DNA of 64,000 nt from Octopus sinensis (GCF_006345805.1 NC_042998.1:28024001-28088000), one strand, 5' to 3'. Positions 12,691 through 27,514 are shown, counted from the stretch's first letter. The notes: generated by a model not told the origin, from the letters alone. Program-made: numbers and translations.

Positions 12691-13056
12691 GGTCCTGTGG
12701 CATTTTTTATATACCTTACTATGTTTTTTTCTCCTGCTCTAATGCTGTGTTCGCATCCAATTAGTCCTCTTCACCCTCTCTTTCTTGGTACGTACAGTCT
12801 GCCTGTGTCACCTTTTAAGGTCAAACAACAGACAAGCATAGTTATGGTATTAAGAATAATATTTGCTGTGACGAATATGGCAAGACAAAAAATGTACATG
12901 GTAATACTCATTATTATCATTATTATTATTATCACGATTTAATTATTATTATTATTATTCAGTAGTTTTATTTTTATAGCGTGCTTTCACTTCACTACCG
13001 AACGCAGCTCTGTGTGCCTTGGGTATGTGCTGTGATTTGTTGTGATGCTCTGATGG

Positions 13057-16000
13057 TTATTGTATGGAAAGTGTTCTGCGTAGGATGTGTGCAGTGCCTA
13101 GTAGTGCAATTTTCTGTATGTTATATGTGTTTGTAAGTCCTGGTGTTTTTGTTATGTATTTGTCTGAATATTTTTTTATCATGCCTAATGCACCTACTAT
13201 GATAGGAATTGTTTCTGTTTTCAGGTTCCACATTCTAGTTACCTCTATTTCCAGGTCTTTGTATTTTGAGAGTTTCTCAATTTCTTTTAGAGACACGTTG
13301 TCATCTGCCGGTATTGATACATCAATTAGAAAGCATTTTTTTTCCTCATGATCTCTGACAACTATATCTGGTCTGTTGGCCTTAATTTCTCTATCTGTGT
13401 GTATCGGCATATCCCAGAGTATGGTTTCTTTCTCGTTTTCTGTGACCTTTTCTGGTGTGTGCCTATACCATCTTTTTTCTGTTGTTATTCCATAATGTTG
13501 GCATAGCTTCCAATGTATGTAGGTTCCAACTCTGTCATGTCTGTGAATATATTCCTTCTTAGCCAGGACTGGGCAGCTAGAGATAATATGATTTATTGTT
13601 TCTTGTCCATCTCCACATATTTTGCAGTTACTTGTAATATTTCTTTTCATTACATGTTTTTGGTAATTTCTGGTGGGGAGGCTTTGGTCTTGTGCTGCAA
13701 TTAAAAATCCCTCTGTTTCTGCTTTGAGTCCTGAGCTTCTCAACCATTGCTGGGATTTTTCTTTGTCTATTTCTTTTGCGTTTAGTTTAGTGCAGTATTT
13801 ACCATGAAGGGGCTTTTCTTGTCATCGTTTTATCATGGCTCGTTGCTGTTCTATTTTTAGTTTGGATTTCATTTGTTTTATAGCTTTTGTTGTTTCTTCA
13901 TCATCTTCTTCTTCTTCTTTGTGTTTATTAGGTGGTATGATTTCTTGTTTGTATTTGTCAGGTTCCTTAAATACTGAGAACAGTTTTTTGTTTTGCACGT
14001 GTTTTGCCGCTATCTGGATCAGTTTTCCTTCCTTCTGAAGTAGGTATTTTTGCAGTCCTATGGTGGTTATTTTATAGTAGTTTTCCAGCTGTATAAGGCC
14101 TCTACCACCTTCTATACGTTGTATATATAGTCTTTCTATGTCAGATTTTGGGTGATGCATCCTAGATCCTGTCAGTATTTTTCTTGTTTTCCTATCTATT
14201 TTGGACAGTTTATTTCGTGTCCAGTTAAGGATAGTGTAGCTGTAACTTATAACTGGGACAGCTAAAGTGTTGATACCTATTATCTTGTTTTTAGCATTGA
14301 GCTCTGGTTTTAGTATTGATCTAACTCGTCTATAATATTCTTTTTTTATTTTCTCTTTCATTTGTGTGTGTTGTGTCTTATCTAGTTCATGGATTCCTAA
14401 GTATTTGTAAGTTTGGCTTTGGTCTAATTCTTTTATTTCATTGGTTTTATCTAGTGTGATGTTGTTACTCTTAACTAGTTTTCCTCTTTTCATGGTTACT
14501 TTGGCGCATTCTTCTAATCCAAATTTCATATCTATTTCTTTGGTAAATCCATGAACTGTCTTTAATAGTGTTTCCAGCTGTTTGTCATTTGCAGCGTATA
14601 GTTTTAGGTCATCCACATATAAAAGGTGGCTGATCGTTTTGCCGTAACATTTATATCCGCATCCAGTTGTATTTAGCATATCAGATAGAGGTGACAGTGC
14701 CAAGCAGAAAAGGAGTGGAGAGAGCGTGTCTCCCTGGAATATTCCTCTTCTAATGGGGATGTCTTTGGTTTTCATGAGTCCCTCTTTTGTTTGGAGGTGT
14801 AGGACTGTTTGCCATTTATTCATAGAGTGCTCTATGAATTTTATGATTGTTGGTGCTACTTTGTTAATGGCTAGTGTTTCGAGGATCCATGTGTGGGGGA
14901 TGCTATCAAACGCCTTTTTGTAGTCAATCCAGGCCATACTGAGGCCTTTCTTCTTTCTGTGGCTGTCTTCAGTTACGGCTTTATTAATCATTAGTTGATC
15001 TTTACAGCCATATGAGCCCTTGCGGCATCCTTTCTGCTCTTCTGGGAACAGTTTGTTTTTGTCCAGGTGCTTGTTCAGCCTTTGCGATATCACTGCAGTA
15101 AATGCCTTGAACATAGTAGGGAGGCAGGTTATTGGTCTGTAGTTTTCTGGTTTTGTTGTTTCATTTGATTTGGGAATTAAGATGGTTTTCCCCTTCGTGA
15201 GCCATTCAGGCATTGTCTCTGGCTCTGCTAGTATGCTGTTAAAGTTTTCAGCCAGCTTTTTGTGCATTCCTGTTAGATATTTCAACCAGAAGTTGGGGAT
15301 CTTGTCATGCCCAGGTGCCTTCCAGTTGCTTAGTTTTTGCAGTGCCTGGGTGACATCTTCAGTTGTTATGGGGGTCCAAAGTTGTTCAGATGCCGAGTTT
15401 GTTATTTTCATACTCCTTTTTTTTGGCTGTTCGTTCGCCGACCATATTTATCTCCAGAATTCTTCCAATTCTTCTGCCGTTGGTGCTGCAGTGACTTCTA
15501 TTTTATTTTTGCCCAGTTCTTGGTAGAACTTTTTGGGGTCGGAGTTGAACTTTTTGTTCTGTTCAAAGAAGCGTTGGCGTTTCTCGTACCGGCGGATCCT
15601 TTGAGCTTTGGCAAGGATATCTTGCTTCAGCTTTTCTTTTATCTCCGGCAAATCTTTTTCTGTGATGTTATATTTGCGGAGCATTTTTGTTCTTTTTTTG
15701 TTGCTCAGTAGCGTTGCTTGTTTGTTGATTTCATTAAGAATCGACAGGTCTTTTCTAATTTTTTAAATTTTGTTTTGGATGTTATTTATCCACAGGGTTT
15801 GTTTGGGTGGTGGTACTCCTGTTTGGGCGGGTTTGGGTGAGTATCCAGCTTCTTTTGTGGCTGCAGTGGCTGCTGCGTATATCAAGTCATTTAGTTCAGT
15901 GATATCACTTTTTTTTGTTTCAGTGGCTAGTTCAGTGACGGCTAGGTTTATGTTGTTTATAATTGGTGTTGTTATTGCGTTTATTTTTATTCTTGGGAGG

Positions 16001-16662
16001 TATGGTCGGTGGTCCATTTTGGGCTCTGTGGTTTTCAGTTCTTTGATTATTTTATTTTTTATATTATCATAATCATTAGGCTCCTCTTCGTTGTTTACAT
16101 CGTGTTTGTTGGGAATGTTGCGTTTGTCTTGGTATTTTACAGTTTCAGTGTTTATATTATTGGGCATTGTTGTGTGGCTTCTATCTACATTTTCCTGGTG
16201 TATTTTTTCTTTTAAATGTTCTATTTCTATTTCTGATATTTTTTTGGCTTTGAGAATGTATCTTCGTACGTTAGCTAATTTATTAGGGTTCATTGCTGTA
16301 TCCAAGTCTATATCTCTATTATTTTCCTTCCATATTTTATATGTATGTGTTGTTGTATTTTCATTTTGTGGGTAGAGCATTGCTGTGAAGTATGCGTGTA
16401 AGATAGGAATGTATTCCTCACGTGTCCATTTACGTCTTTTGGGTTTTAATTGCGGGACATGAGGTACAACGTCCGGCCCACTATTTTGACGGTCGTCATT
16501 TTCGTAGGGTACCGGTCCGTTTATTTCTGTTGTCACATTATTTCGCACGTGTAGTTTTTCGTACATTTTTTGTTGTAGGTTTAATGTACGTACCGCTCGA
16601 TTGTTATTCTTGGGTTGAATAGTATCGGTGGCATTTAATTTCTTCGTAGTTCCTTTGTACAT
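13057..16662 (-). pseudogene. Dong/R4 polyprotein: N-terminal RRKWT motif, RT, CCHC knuckle, PD-(D/E)xK restriction-like endonuclease; 1,201 codons with 3 in-frame stops
   Basis: Four track ORFs share one frame; stops at 15763-15765, 15448-15450 and 13822-13824; motifs YKKAFDSIPH, QGDTLSPLLF, YVDD, CKICGDGQETINHIISSC, RHD, NRPDIVV...LIDVSIP...KEIEK. Confidence 0.95.
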
Positions 16663-16902
16663 GGTGTTTGAGGTCGGGGATGATCGTGTTGTTCCACGTA
16701 TGTTTACATGTGTTGTGTTAGAGGTGGAGATAATATCGAGTCAAAATACATCATTTCGTTTCGAAAATAGTAATAAATTTCAATTAGTATTACTTACTCG
16801 GATATAGTCCAATTCTTTGTTAGTAAATCTTTGGCTCCATAGGGTGTCCTTGTTTTCGATGTTTGTGGATAGATTTCGGAGCTCTGTATTTTCCTTCTTA
16901 CA

Positions 16903-16976
16903 TCTTAAACGTCCCCGGTGTCTCTCCTCTTAAACGTCCCCGGTGTCTCTCTCTTAAACGTCCCCGGTGTCTCTCC
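16903..16976. repeat. Three tandem 24-25-bp repeats at the Dong 5' end
   Basis: TCTTAAACGTCCCCGGTGTCTCTC(C) x3. Confidence 0.95.
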
Positions 16977-17032
<56 letters not shown>

Positions 17033-17472
17033 ATCATTACTAACAGAGGGTGTATTAGATGTTTGGATAATGTTAACATCAACGCGAACACTAATAGTAA
17101 AATTAAATAAGATAGATTCTAAAAATGAGCAAATGAAGGCACATTTGATAAATTTGACAAATAAAAGCTTTCTTTATCTAATTATATATGCATTTAATGC
17201 GAGAACAAAATAATAGTTAAGATGCCAAGTTTTTGTAGCTGCACAAATGAGAACAAAAACACTATTACATGTCAGCTCTGGAATTTAATAACACTTAAAC
17301 AGACTTGTTTATGTTTAGCAAATAATCAATGAGAGTAGTCTATGAAATGACATTTCGTTGTTATCATGATTGATTTCTGGAAATGTAACTGCAGGGTTAA
17401 TACTGAACGAAAGTATTTTACAGTCGCGCTATTGTCGAAATTCGATTACGATGGGAAAGCACAAGATATATG

Positions 17473-17538
<66 letters not shown>

Positions 17539-19380
17539 GTATGTATATATATATTTATATATATATACGTATGTATGTATAAATGAAATTTAGAATACTT
17601 TTTTGGCGTCATTTGCATTTGTTGGCAAATTCTAAATAAAGGAACCAAACAATGATATGTTCCAGTGTCTTTAATTCATTTTAAGCATAGCGCTTGATTA
17701 AAGAACGGTTTGTTTTTTTGCAACGTGTAGATATCAAAATACAAAGAAAACTATGTAGAGAGATAGGAGTAACTTATCTTTCTGTACAATATGTGTGCTA
17801 ACAGAAAACAATCATCACACTTACACCTATATTAATTCAGGTCAACTCAGTATAAATAGATGCCACTGGTTTTTGATTGTACCAATAGCACAAAGGTTGC
17901 ATCATCTTTATTTGTCACGAAACCAGAAGGCCTCGCATTTTGGTGATGAGTGTAAAGGGCAAGATCGAATCATGTATGCAATTAGTTTTATTTTACAGTA
18001 TTTGATTTATCGACCACGGAAGACTGTCTATATGTATGTGTGTACTTCAATATGAGTGCATGTAATGTGTATGTGTGTGTGTGTATGCGTATGTGTTTGA
18101 TATATTTTGTCTTTGTCGCCACGTTTTTATCGGTGATCTCCTACTCACTCGTAGAAATAAAGGTGTGCAACCATACACAGATCCACAAACCCATGGGGGT
18201 TATGTGCAAATACACCCACACTAGAAAACATATATATTCATGCACGGGGACATGTAGATGTACTCTGAAACAAGCACCACATTATCACGTTCATGTCGGC
18301 GCCCGTTTTTACATGTGTGACCAATAAACAATACATTATCTGTTAAAGCATAAAACCACTTTAAACCACCCCCAGTAAATAAATAAATAAATAAATGCAT
18401 GTGCTACTATTATAAAATACACCCCATCCTTTCATATCAACGGCACCCCATCCTTTCATATTAACCGACATATATATTCACTCACCCACAGAAAATATTT
18501 CCGAATTCTCTAGGCCGAAAGAATCCGCCAACAGCTCTGCAAGATTAAAATCAAAATATCTTCCTCTTACAGCAAATAATTATTCACTTTCTAAACAAGT
18601 TAAACGACAGCATGAACCTGAGACCGTTCCAAATAAAATGCCTGACAAGATGAAAACAATGATTACATTGACTTGTAACCACGAATTCCATCTACAGGAA
18701 ACTACTTCTTATATATGTCTATATAAACTTGAAAATTTGTCACGGTTTAACTAATTACAAGAAGAATCTCCTAGTAATCGTGATCAATAAAACAGCTTAC
18801 TACCGGAATTAGATATTTCAATTCTTTTATTGGCATTACGTGTAAAATTCTATTCTTTTACAGAAAGCATAGAATTTGTATGCAAGAAACATCGGATCAC
18901 GTTTTAATGGTATTAAAGTGGAGGAAACAAAATACCGAAGACTCGAATTTTCTATTAGTGAAAGTCATTTAGAACTGAGAATATGAGAAAAGTGCAACTG
19001 AAAATAATAGTTAACTAGGCTACGCTTATCCTCTGACCATGCAGAATCCCGAAATCATCCACAGTTGCCTGTATTTTATATTTTTCTACAACATATTTGT
19101 ATTCTGTATTCAGTATTTTTCTACAAAATATATTCGTATTGCTTGACGCAGATTAAGTCTGAGGAAGCACGTCACTAATCAAAGAGTTCCAGTCTTTATC
19201 ATGATGCATTATTTGATTCAATCCAATTTGCTGTCCATTTTGTAAGGTTCAAAGATTTGGTGGAAATATAGCTCTTCCTTTCCCGCACTTTGACCGACCA
19301 CATAAAAACACATTTGCTTGCATGCTATCAAATACCGTTCTCTGAAACTGGTGCTTTAAAAGTATTTGGAGTTATCGTTT

Positions 19381-19523
19381 ATATATTCTGTTGTGTCTGG
19401 GGAGAGTCATTTTCTTTTTGTGTCTTATAATGTAACACACTCTACGGTAAAATTTCCACTTCTTTCTTATTTTTATTTTCTTAAAATTTTCGTTGCGTCT
19501 TGCAACCTTTTAAATAGTCTTGA
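19381..19523 (+). repeat. Dispersed repeat family E, single arm
   Basis: Homologous to each arm of the foldback at 28657-28936. Confidence 0.8.
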
Positions 19524-20653
19524 CGGTTTATATATTATTTTGATATTATAAAGATAGAGAAAGGATATGACAGGTTAAATACTCGAAATCATTAAATGTT
19601 GAGCTATGTTCAGCATTTCAAACCACGAAAACTGACGTCACTATTTATCTGTCTAAATTCAGAACAATTTTTGTATTGAAGACAATTAGCCACTTAAAAA
19701 TAGAAGGATGGGAAACTGCTGGCCGTTTGCAAAGACGGAAACTTTCCCAAAAATGTCCGAGTTTTACAAATCCGCATATCCTAGCAAGAAACGTAATCTG
19801 ACGTTTAAGTGATTCCCCTTCTCCTGAGACGAACACGCGATTTTTTTCTCTCTCAGAAGACTCCCTCATTAAAAGAACCTGTCCAAACCTGCCAAATTCA
19901 CTGCTTCCTTAGCGTTATTTCATCCTTTAAAATTTAAGGCCATTTGGAAAATACGAGCTATATTACTAAATGTCAGCGCCAGATAAATATATTTGTCTGA
20001 TACAGAAACATATGTCAGCTGGAAGCGAACTTAAGTATTGAATTTTATGATTTCCTTTCTTTTTTTCATTTGCAATCATTTTGAAGTAAACGGCAATTTC
20101 TCAGTAGAATGATAGGCATATTATGAATTCCTTCTATGAAAACATGAATGCATAAAAGTAATTACATACTGAAAATAACTTAAATGTATTTTGGAATACG
20201 ATTACAATTACAGAAACCAAAATAAATAAAATAAAAAGTAATATAAACTACAAAAATATACGCAAACTTATATGCATTTATGCTGTTTTCTTAATTTTTC
20301 CTGTTTTAGTCTTTGTATTGAAGCCACAGTCATGTAGTATGACATTCAAGTCATTATAACGTCTTTAGTTCTCCGCAATGGTTTGTTTCTCACGAACAAG
20401 AAATATACAGATGTCAACATATTTATAGACACACACTCACTAGTTAAGAGATGCACAAATGCAAACAGTTGCTGAGAACTGGAACAAAATAATAAGTAAA
20501 TCACTCACCGGATATGCAGAGCGAAAATGTATACATGGAGATATGAGTCAATACATAGTGTTATAAAATATACACTATAACGGGAATTCATATCTAATTA
20601 AATAATGTAGAATTCATGATGACACATTACCTTCGGGCACAACTTTTGACAAT

Positions 20654-20700
<47 letters not shown>

Positions 20701-20708
<8 letters not shown>

Positions 20709-21135
20709 CTGTAGATGTGTGAGTGTCTGTCCCCTTCGATTTAGATTCCTAACTACTCCCACATTTTGCGGTCTACGATGAGTCTACGATTTTAAAATAA
20801 TTTAACATCATTTTTTATTCCATTTTAATGCATAATTTTTCGTGTGTCGATGGCGGCGGAGTTGGCGTCCACGCTCACATCTGCACCTGTTTGCTTCTCC
20901 CCCTTCTTCCCTCCCTTGTGAAGCTGTGGGGAAGGGAGTGTAAGGAAATCAACGTCGTAAAGCGTTGTCAAGGAGACCAGCGTTCTTTTAGAACAACGAC
21001 TTCATGGCTTCAAGACACCAAAACAGAAATGGCTAAGAAAGCCCGAATTGGCATCTATAAGGGAAGTAACTCTCTAAAAATGCTTATATAGTTATTTCCC
21101 TTACAAACCCGAGCAACGCCGGGCGATACCGCTAG
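20701..21135 (+). mobile_element. Non-autonomous Helitron
   Basis: 3' hairpin CCCGAGCAACGCCGGG (21108-21123), then CTAG (21132-21135) followed by T; 5' end merges into (TA)n. Confidence 0.7.
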
Positions 21136-21184
21136 TATATATATATATATAGATAAGAAAGTTACACATGTATATAAATTATGT

Positions 21185-21320
21185 GCGCATGCGTGGCTGT
21201 GTGGTAAGAATCTTACTTCCCACACTACGTTGCACCTTGACAAGTGACTCCTACTATAGCCTCGGGCCGACCAAAGCCTTGTGAGTAGATTTGGTAGACG
21301 GAAACTGAAAGAAGCCCGTC

Positions 21321-21370
<50 letters not shown>
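21185..21370 (+). mobile_element. SINE family B head and CORE-like part ending in (TA)n
   Basis: Matches the 5' half of family B. Confidence 0.8.
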
Positions 21371-21375
<5 letters not shown>

Positions 21376-22044
21376 AAAGATTATTTCCCTTTTGAAGAGA
21401 AATAGCACAGATATTGTTTTGTGCTATGCGGAGATTCTAAAATCCCTTGTTCGAAATTATAAGAACAACGATAATGTTGTATAGCCAGCTGGAGACAAAG
21501 TTTCCTGGTGCTAAATAACAGTAACATTCGTTCAAAACCAGGACTGCCACGTTATGTTGGCAAATAATCTTTAGTCTAGACTAGAGTACTGTTACTGAAT
21601 GTCTCGCGTTGATAGATTTACAAATAGAAGTTTTCTATTTTATTAGATCAGTGACTGTGTGTCACTTTGAGAACTATATATTTCGAGCAAGTATTTAGCA
21701 CCACCACCCCTAGCCGAACAGTTATTCTGTGCTGATGAAGGGAAATAATCCAGAAATTGCGATACGTAGGTATTGTTTTGTTCTGAGTGGGGATACTAAA
21801 CTTCCATGTTCGAAAATATAAGGACACATATAGTATGCCGTATAGCCAGCCGGAGCCGATTTTTAATGGGGCTAAATAACAGGAACATTCGTCCTAAACT
21901 AGTACTGCCATGATATGTTGGCAGATAATCTTTACTATATGTTTTTGTGTCTGTTTGTTCCCCACAACCCAAGTTTGTGTGTAACGGATTTGTAATATAT
22001 TCAAAAATACAGACGCACATGCCAGGCCCACGCACACCCGTATA

Positions 22045-22091
<47 letters not shown>

Positions 22092-22318
22092 ATACAAGGA
22101 ACATGGAAGGCGAGATAAATGCCAAACTGTAACAAATTAGGACAGATGTTTTAAACTTCATTTTCTTCCTGTATTATCTTTTTCCTCTCGAATAGATTTA
22201 TCTTCAGTTTGCCCTCTATTGGCTATTAATTTGAATGGAATATATCCAGGAGTGGTTGCAGTTTTCTTCTAAACTATTGATATTTGCATTGAACCAGGAT
22301 AAACACAAACCTATCTTA

Positions 22319-22395
<77 letters not shown>

Positions 22396-22398
<3 letters not shown>

Positions 22399-22630
22399 CC
22401 ACTTAAATGTGACTAACCACTAAGGGTGGATGCTACTGTAGCTTGTAGCCCCAGGAGAACATCTTCTCCAGCTGGCTATTGACACGCTTTCTGTGCCCTA
22501 TCAGTATTTGCAAAGGGAAGCCATCCTTCCCATCGTCGACCTGACGTAATACGTACGGACCCGGGTTTTGGGATATTTAACCATCGTCAGCGCACGACAA
22601 TCATCGGTCTTCGATGCGAAGGGGTCCTAA
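22396..22630. repeat. ~220-bp dispersed repeat (family F), copy 1
   Basis: Aligns with 33806-34022. Confidence 0.8.
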
Positions 22631-22711
22631 TGCAAATACACGTATCATTTTTCACATTGTCGTGCAGCTACTGTTTATACCTCGTTCAGAGATGTATTAT
22701 ATATATATATA

Positions 22712-22763
<52 letters not shown>

Positions 22764-23454
22764 TGTGTGTGTGTGTGTTTGCGTGTGGTGTGTTGTGTGC
22801 GTCTATGTAATGTGTGAGTGTATCATAATTTCACCTCTGTATATCGACGATGAATGAAAACTAAAGTGCGAAACTACAACCCGTACCTCAGCTGGTATCT
22901 GCTCAGCCCTGATTAACATATACACTTCTATGTCACATTTTCCGTCAGAGATGCAGTATTTTATTGATTGGCCTGTTGGAAACCTACAACTGATGACATT
23001 TCTGTACACATATTATGCCATAAAATTAGTAAAATTAAATAAAGGATGATATGCATTTTCATAATTCAATAATATCTCACGAATCGACGAAGAATTTTAA
23101 AACACAGAATTCGTCGATATTATATCATTTTCTCATTTAGATTCCAAGGTATCGTTACTACACTTCTCTGCATATAATGAAAATTATACGTTGTAAACCT
23201 TTTCATGCATATTCATGTAATTCAACTTAGTATTCTAAGATGGAAACTTGTCCAAATCGACGAAATTCAATAACCATTACTACATCAATAACAATAATAT
23301 TTCTCTTTTTAAATATTCAATAATTTGTTTGTTGGGTATTCTTTATTCTACTTAATGTTGAAGTATAATTGCGTTGATGGTTTTGGATAGATTCAATCAT
23401 ATTAGCTTTCGGAATATATATGAAATTAAATAAATCTTTTAAAATAGTTTGACA

Positions 23455-23605
23455 GGCACAGGAATTACTGTATGATGGAGAAGCTCACAACGTGGTTGTG
23501 GGTTCAATACCACAGCGTGGCGCCTTGGGAGATCTTTTGTACCACGGAACAACCAATGCCCTGTGACTGAATTTGGTAGATGGATACTGAGTGGAAGCGT
23601 CATAT
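23455..23605 (+). mobile_element. Degenerate SINE family B head
   Basis: GGGTTCAATACC B box-like; ...GAATTTGGTAGATGGATACTGA matches the family body. Confidence 0.6.
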
Positions 23606-24387
23606 ATACATTGACACCTTATTATTTATCGCTTTATATGCATATCCGCATCGAAATTATTTCATTTTCTCCCGAAAGTTTATAAATTCTTATGACGTCA
23701 ACAACATACAATTCTCGCGGTTAAGAATAACATTCTAAGTTTGGATGAAGAAAATAGGAAGATTGCTTTGGTACAACGGTACAACACCTATCGTATCTAC
23801 TACAGGAGATGTTGTACGAGATTCACAGGCAGCCATCACCTTTTTTTCTATCCAAGGAGGGTCTTTTAACCTGATATTTGAATTTTATTTTTTAAAGCTT
23901 TATATGTATTTCACGATAAAATCTTTGATATATATCTATACAAATATGTGTTTCTCTATGTGTTTTACTAAACCCTTCAAGACAGTGTCACAGTATGGCC
24001 GCAGTCCAATGACCGAAAAAAAATGAAATTTATATTATTTACAGTTCTAAAAATCATTTTGTTTAGTATAACATGCCAAAGTGTCTGAGTTCGTTCTCGA
24101 CTTTTACTTGGTTCATCTGCTCATTTTGCAGAAACGAAATAAAAAAAGTTATTCAGATACCAAGAATAAAATTTATTCACTTGCCACTGAAAAGAAAAAT
24201 GCCTTTTCTCTCACATTACGAAAACAATCTTCAATCGGAAAGAATATGTCAGTAAAATACTAGTGACATACACGTTATCTATTATAACACAACTGAATTG
24301 ATTATATTCGAAATAATACATTTTCAGACATTAATTATGCTTCTAAATATAAGAGGGTTCTAAAAGATAGGAAACTACTTAAGTCTA

Positions 24388-24680
<293 letters not shown>

Positions 24681-26363
24681 AAACAACAACAAACAATAAA
24701 TTTGAAACCAGTGTGATCGCTGCTATTTCAAGCACGCTCAATGACCACGTAGAGAGCGAATCACCTTTGTGTTTCTTTTGAAAATAGAGAGATTAAGATT
24801 ACCGTAAATTAATGAAAGAAATACGTATCCAATAATTATCGCTAGCATTGTAAGCTCCTTTCTACAGAAATTTCTCTCAGAGAAGTTTTAAGAAAGGGTA
24901 GAATAATGCTCAATTATCAAATTGTATGAGAAAAACAAAGTCGAGATCCATGAAATATCTCCTCCTCTCCCTTTATTCGCACTAAATTCCGATATAATCG
25001 TAATTAAAGCCATCTGTAATGTATTTGTAGAAAGTTTCAAAACAACTGCATTTTGAGTTTTGTCAAATTGGAACTTATAAACATTTTCCAGACCATCTCA
25101 CCTAGAAAATTGAATTTTATAGTAAAAGTTGAATAATTCCGACTGAGTAATAAGCATTGCAATCCATTATAAAATGAATCATAAAATGCAGAAAAAAATA
25201 TATCTCTAAAATATTGGCCATTTCTAATTTTCTTACCCATGTTCCATTTTATTTTTCTTACGGTTATTAACAATAGCTGCATTTTATTTCTCAGCAGATT
25301 CATTTGATATGCTGGGCACATTTGACTCAGAGGTAGGATAAATTGAAGTTTTATTATCGATATTGTCTTCAATGTATAGTGTCAGGAATGAAGCAATTCT
25401 CAGTTCTAAATGTGTCAGTAGAGACTGGGATGCTGATTCAGATAATTCCAAACTTAGAATCATTTTATTATGCTCATCTGACTCGAAGGCAGAATAAAAT
25501 ATAGGTTAGGTGATTATCGAAACAGTCGATACTTGGCTATTCAAATGAAGGATAATACGACCTACCCGACTCGGTTATAATATGAAATCGAACTATTCGT
25601 AAGTTGTTTTATATTATTGTATTAAGTATATGTGAACGTTCATGGCCCATAATTTCATGATAGAAATTAGGCTGTTATCATCATCGCTTCGTTGTTTGAG
25701 AAGAACATGTTCAACATTTTTCAAATTAATGCTTTTTCTATTGACAGGAGACAACATTTCTGTATTGACATTTCGAAATATGCCAATAGCAGCTGCTCAA
25801 GAATATTAGAAATACAAGTTCCATTGTTTGAAGTAATGCTATTTTATGATAATATGCAAAAGTATTCGGTAGAATTTCAATTTATAATAAATCACTGTTT
25901 TATTATCGTATTGTTAAAAAGGAAAACGAAGATTATTGTAAAGAAACGAAATATTTACACAATGATACCAAAGGAATATTTAAGAGTTAAGATAAATAGA
26001 AGTTACTAGAAGCCAATAAAAATAATGCTTAAATCAATTCTTAGGTTATGGTTCTGACAACATTATTAGAAAATTAAATAGCAAACGGAAATAAATTTGT
26101 TAATGATATTCTAATTCCTGTAAACACGTTGTATGTTAAACTGAGGGTATTACTTCTCTGATGGCAGTGAGTGATGACTAAATTCCTGTGATTTTGCTAA
26201 AAAGAGCTTCGTTGTTGTGCATGAATTTGAAGGTATAAAAATATGTAATTCTTAAACGAAAGAAAAATTGCCTTTTCAATGCCAGCATTGACATAAACTA
26301 GGAATATATATACTCAATCTCTTATGTTATCTTTGCGACCTTTATTAATGTACAAAGTATATA

Positions 26364-26593
26364 TTTCTTTACTGCCCACAAGGGGCTAAACAAAGAGGGG
26401 ACAAACAAGGACAGACAAAAGGATTAAGTCGATTACATCGACCCCCAGTGCGAAACTGGTACTTTATTTATCGACCCTGAAATGATGAAAGGCAAAGTCG
26501 ACCTCGGCGGAATTTGAACTCACAACGTAACGCAGACGAAATACCGCTAAGCATTTCGCTCGGCGCGCTAACGTTTCTGCCAGCTCGCCGTCT
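26364..26593 (-). mobile_element. SINE family C monomer
   Basis: Full head, Nin-like domain and tail. Confidence 0.9.
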
Positions 26594-27514
26594 TAATTTA
26601 TAAAATATAACGAACGAAACGGTAATAAACAATACTAGCGTTTTTATAGTCTTGTAATTCCATGACGACAAGTAAATCTATTTCAATTTCAATGAGCTAG
26701 TTTTGGTAATAATGAAATATCAAATAAAAGCAATTATTTGTGTATCGAAGTAAAAGAGAAAAGAAGTTAGAAAGCAGGATTTTAAAAAAAAGAGACCAAA
26801 ATAGAGTAGCGAAGAATGATTAGCTAAAACATTACTTAAAAATTCCCAGGTTACTAAAATTCAACAAAATTATATATTATATGCAACCGAAAAGAGGTTA
26901 CCGCTATTAATCAATTTTGCTGTGGGAATACACACTTGCAACACGACTGACAAATCATTAGCCATCGAAACGAACGCTACTTCAAAACGGTTTATTGATG
27001 ATATAATAACATTTGTACAACTGAATAATGTTTAGTCTAATACAATTTGATTTTTCACAAAATTACTGACTATTGATATATTGGGATACAAATGTCTGGA
27101 AAATGTGAGCAGTGGCGTCGTTTTCAAGTAAATTGTGATATTTTTGCTATTTATAAGAGTTTTAGGAAGAACATGCAGACAGTTAATATTTTATTAGTTA
27201 ATATAGTGTACATCAATCTAATATAAACAAGTTTGTCTCCCTCACGAAATGTAGAACATTTTAAAACACTTTCTTTACTAGCCAATTGCTTAACATTGTT
27301 AATGCATCTCAAGTCCGTTATTTTACATTTGCTAATTTTTGTTGTAAAATTCTCTAATTAAAGTTAGTTATTATATAATGTAAAAAGTGGTAAAACTTTC
27401 TGTTTTTAGTAACCACAGTTTTAAATTCGTCCCTACTATACTTTGATAGAATTCGGTCGGTGTTGGCCCAGGCCATGGCTAACTTCATAGCACCACTTGG
27501 CGAAGTCATTCAAA

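Larger units (their letters stand above)
12961..16976 (-). mobile_element. Apparently full-length R4/Dong-clade non-LTR retrotransposon inserted in (TAA)n
   Basis: Single-ORF architecture with RT and C-terminal restriction-like endonuclease; (TAA)n on both flanks (~12910-12960 and 16977-17035). Confidence 0.95.

Noticed and set aside
20509-20595. Minus-strand exon ending at CCG|GTGAGT
   Set aside because: Strong donor but no convincing acceptor, frame or homology
21725-21780. CTGATGAAGGGAAATAATCCAGAAAT as a fourth hammerhead
   Set aside because: Stem II closing pair is broken and no stem I partner follows a GUH; at most a decayed relic
21481-21937. Diverged ~95-bp direct repeat (21481-21577 versus 21841-21937)
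   Set aside because: Old local duplication with no further structure I can support
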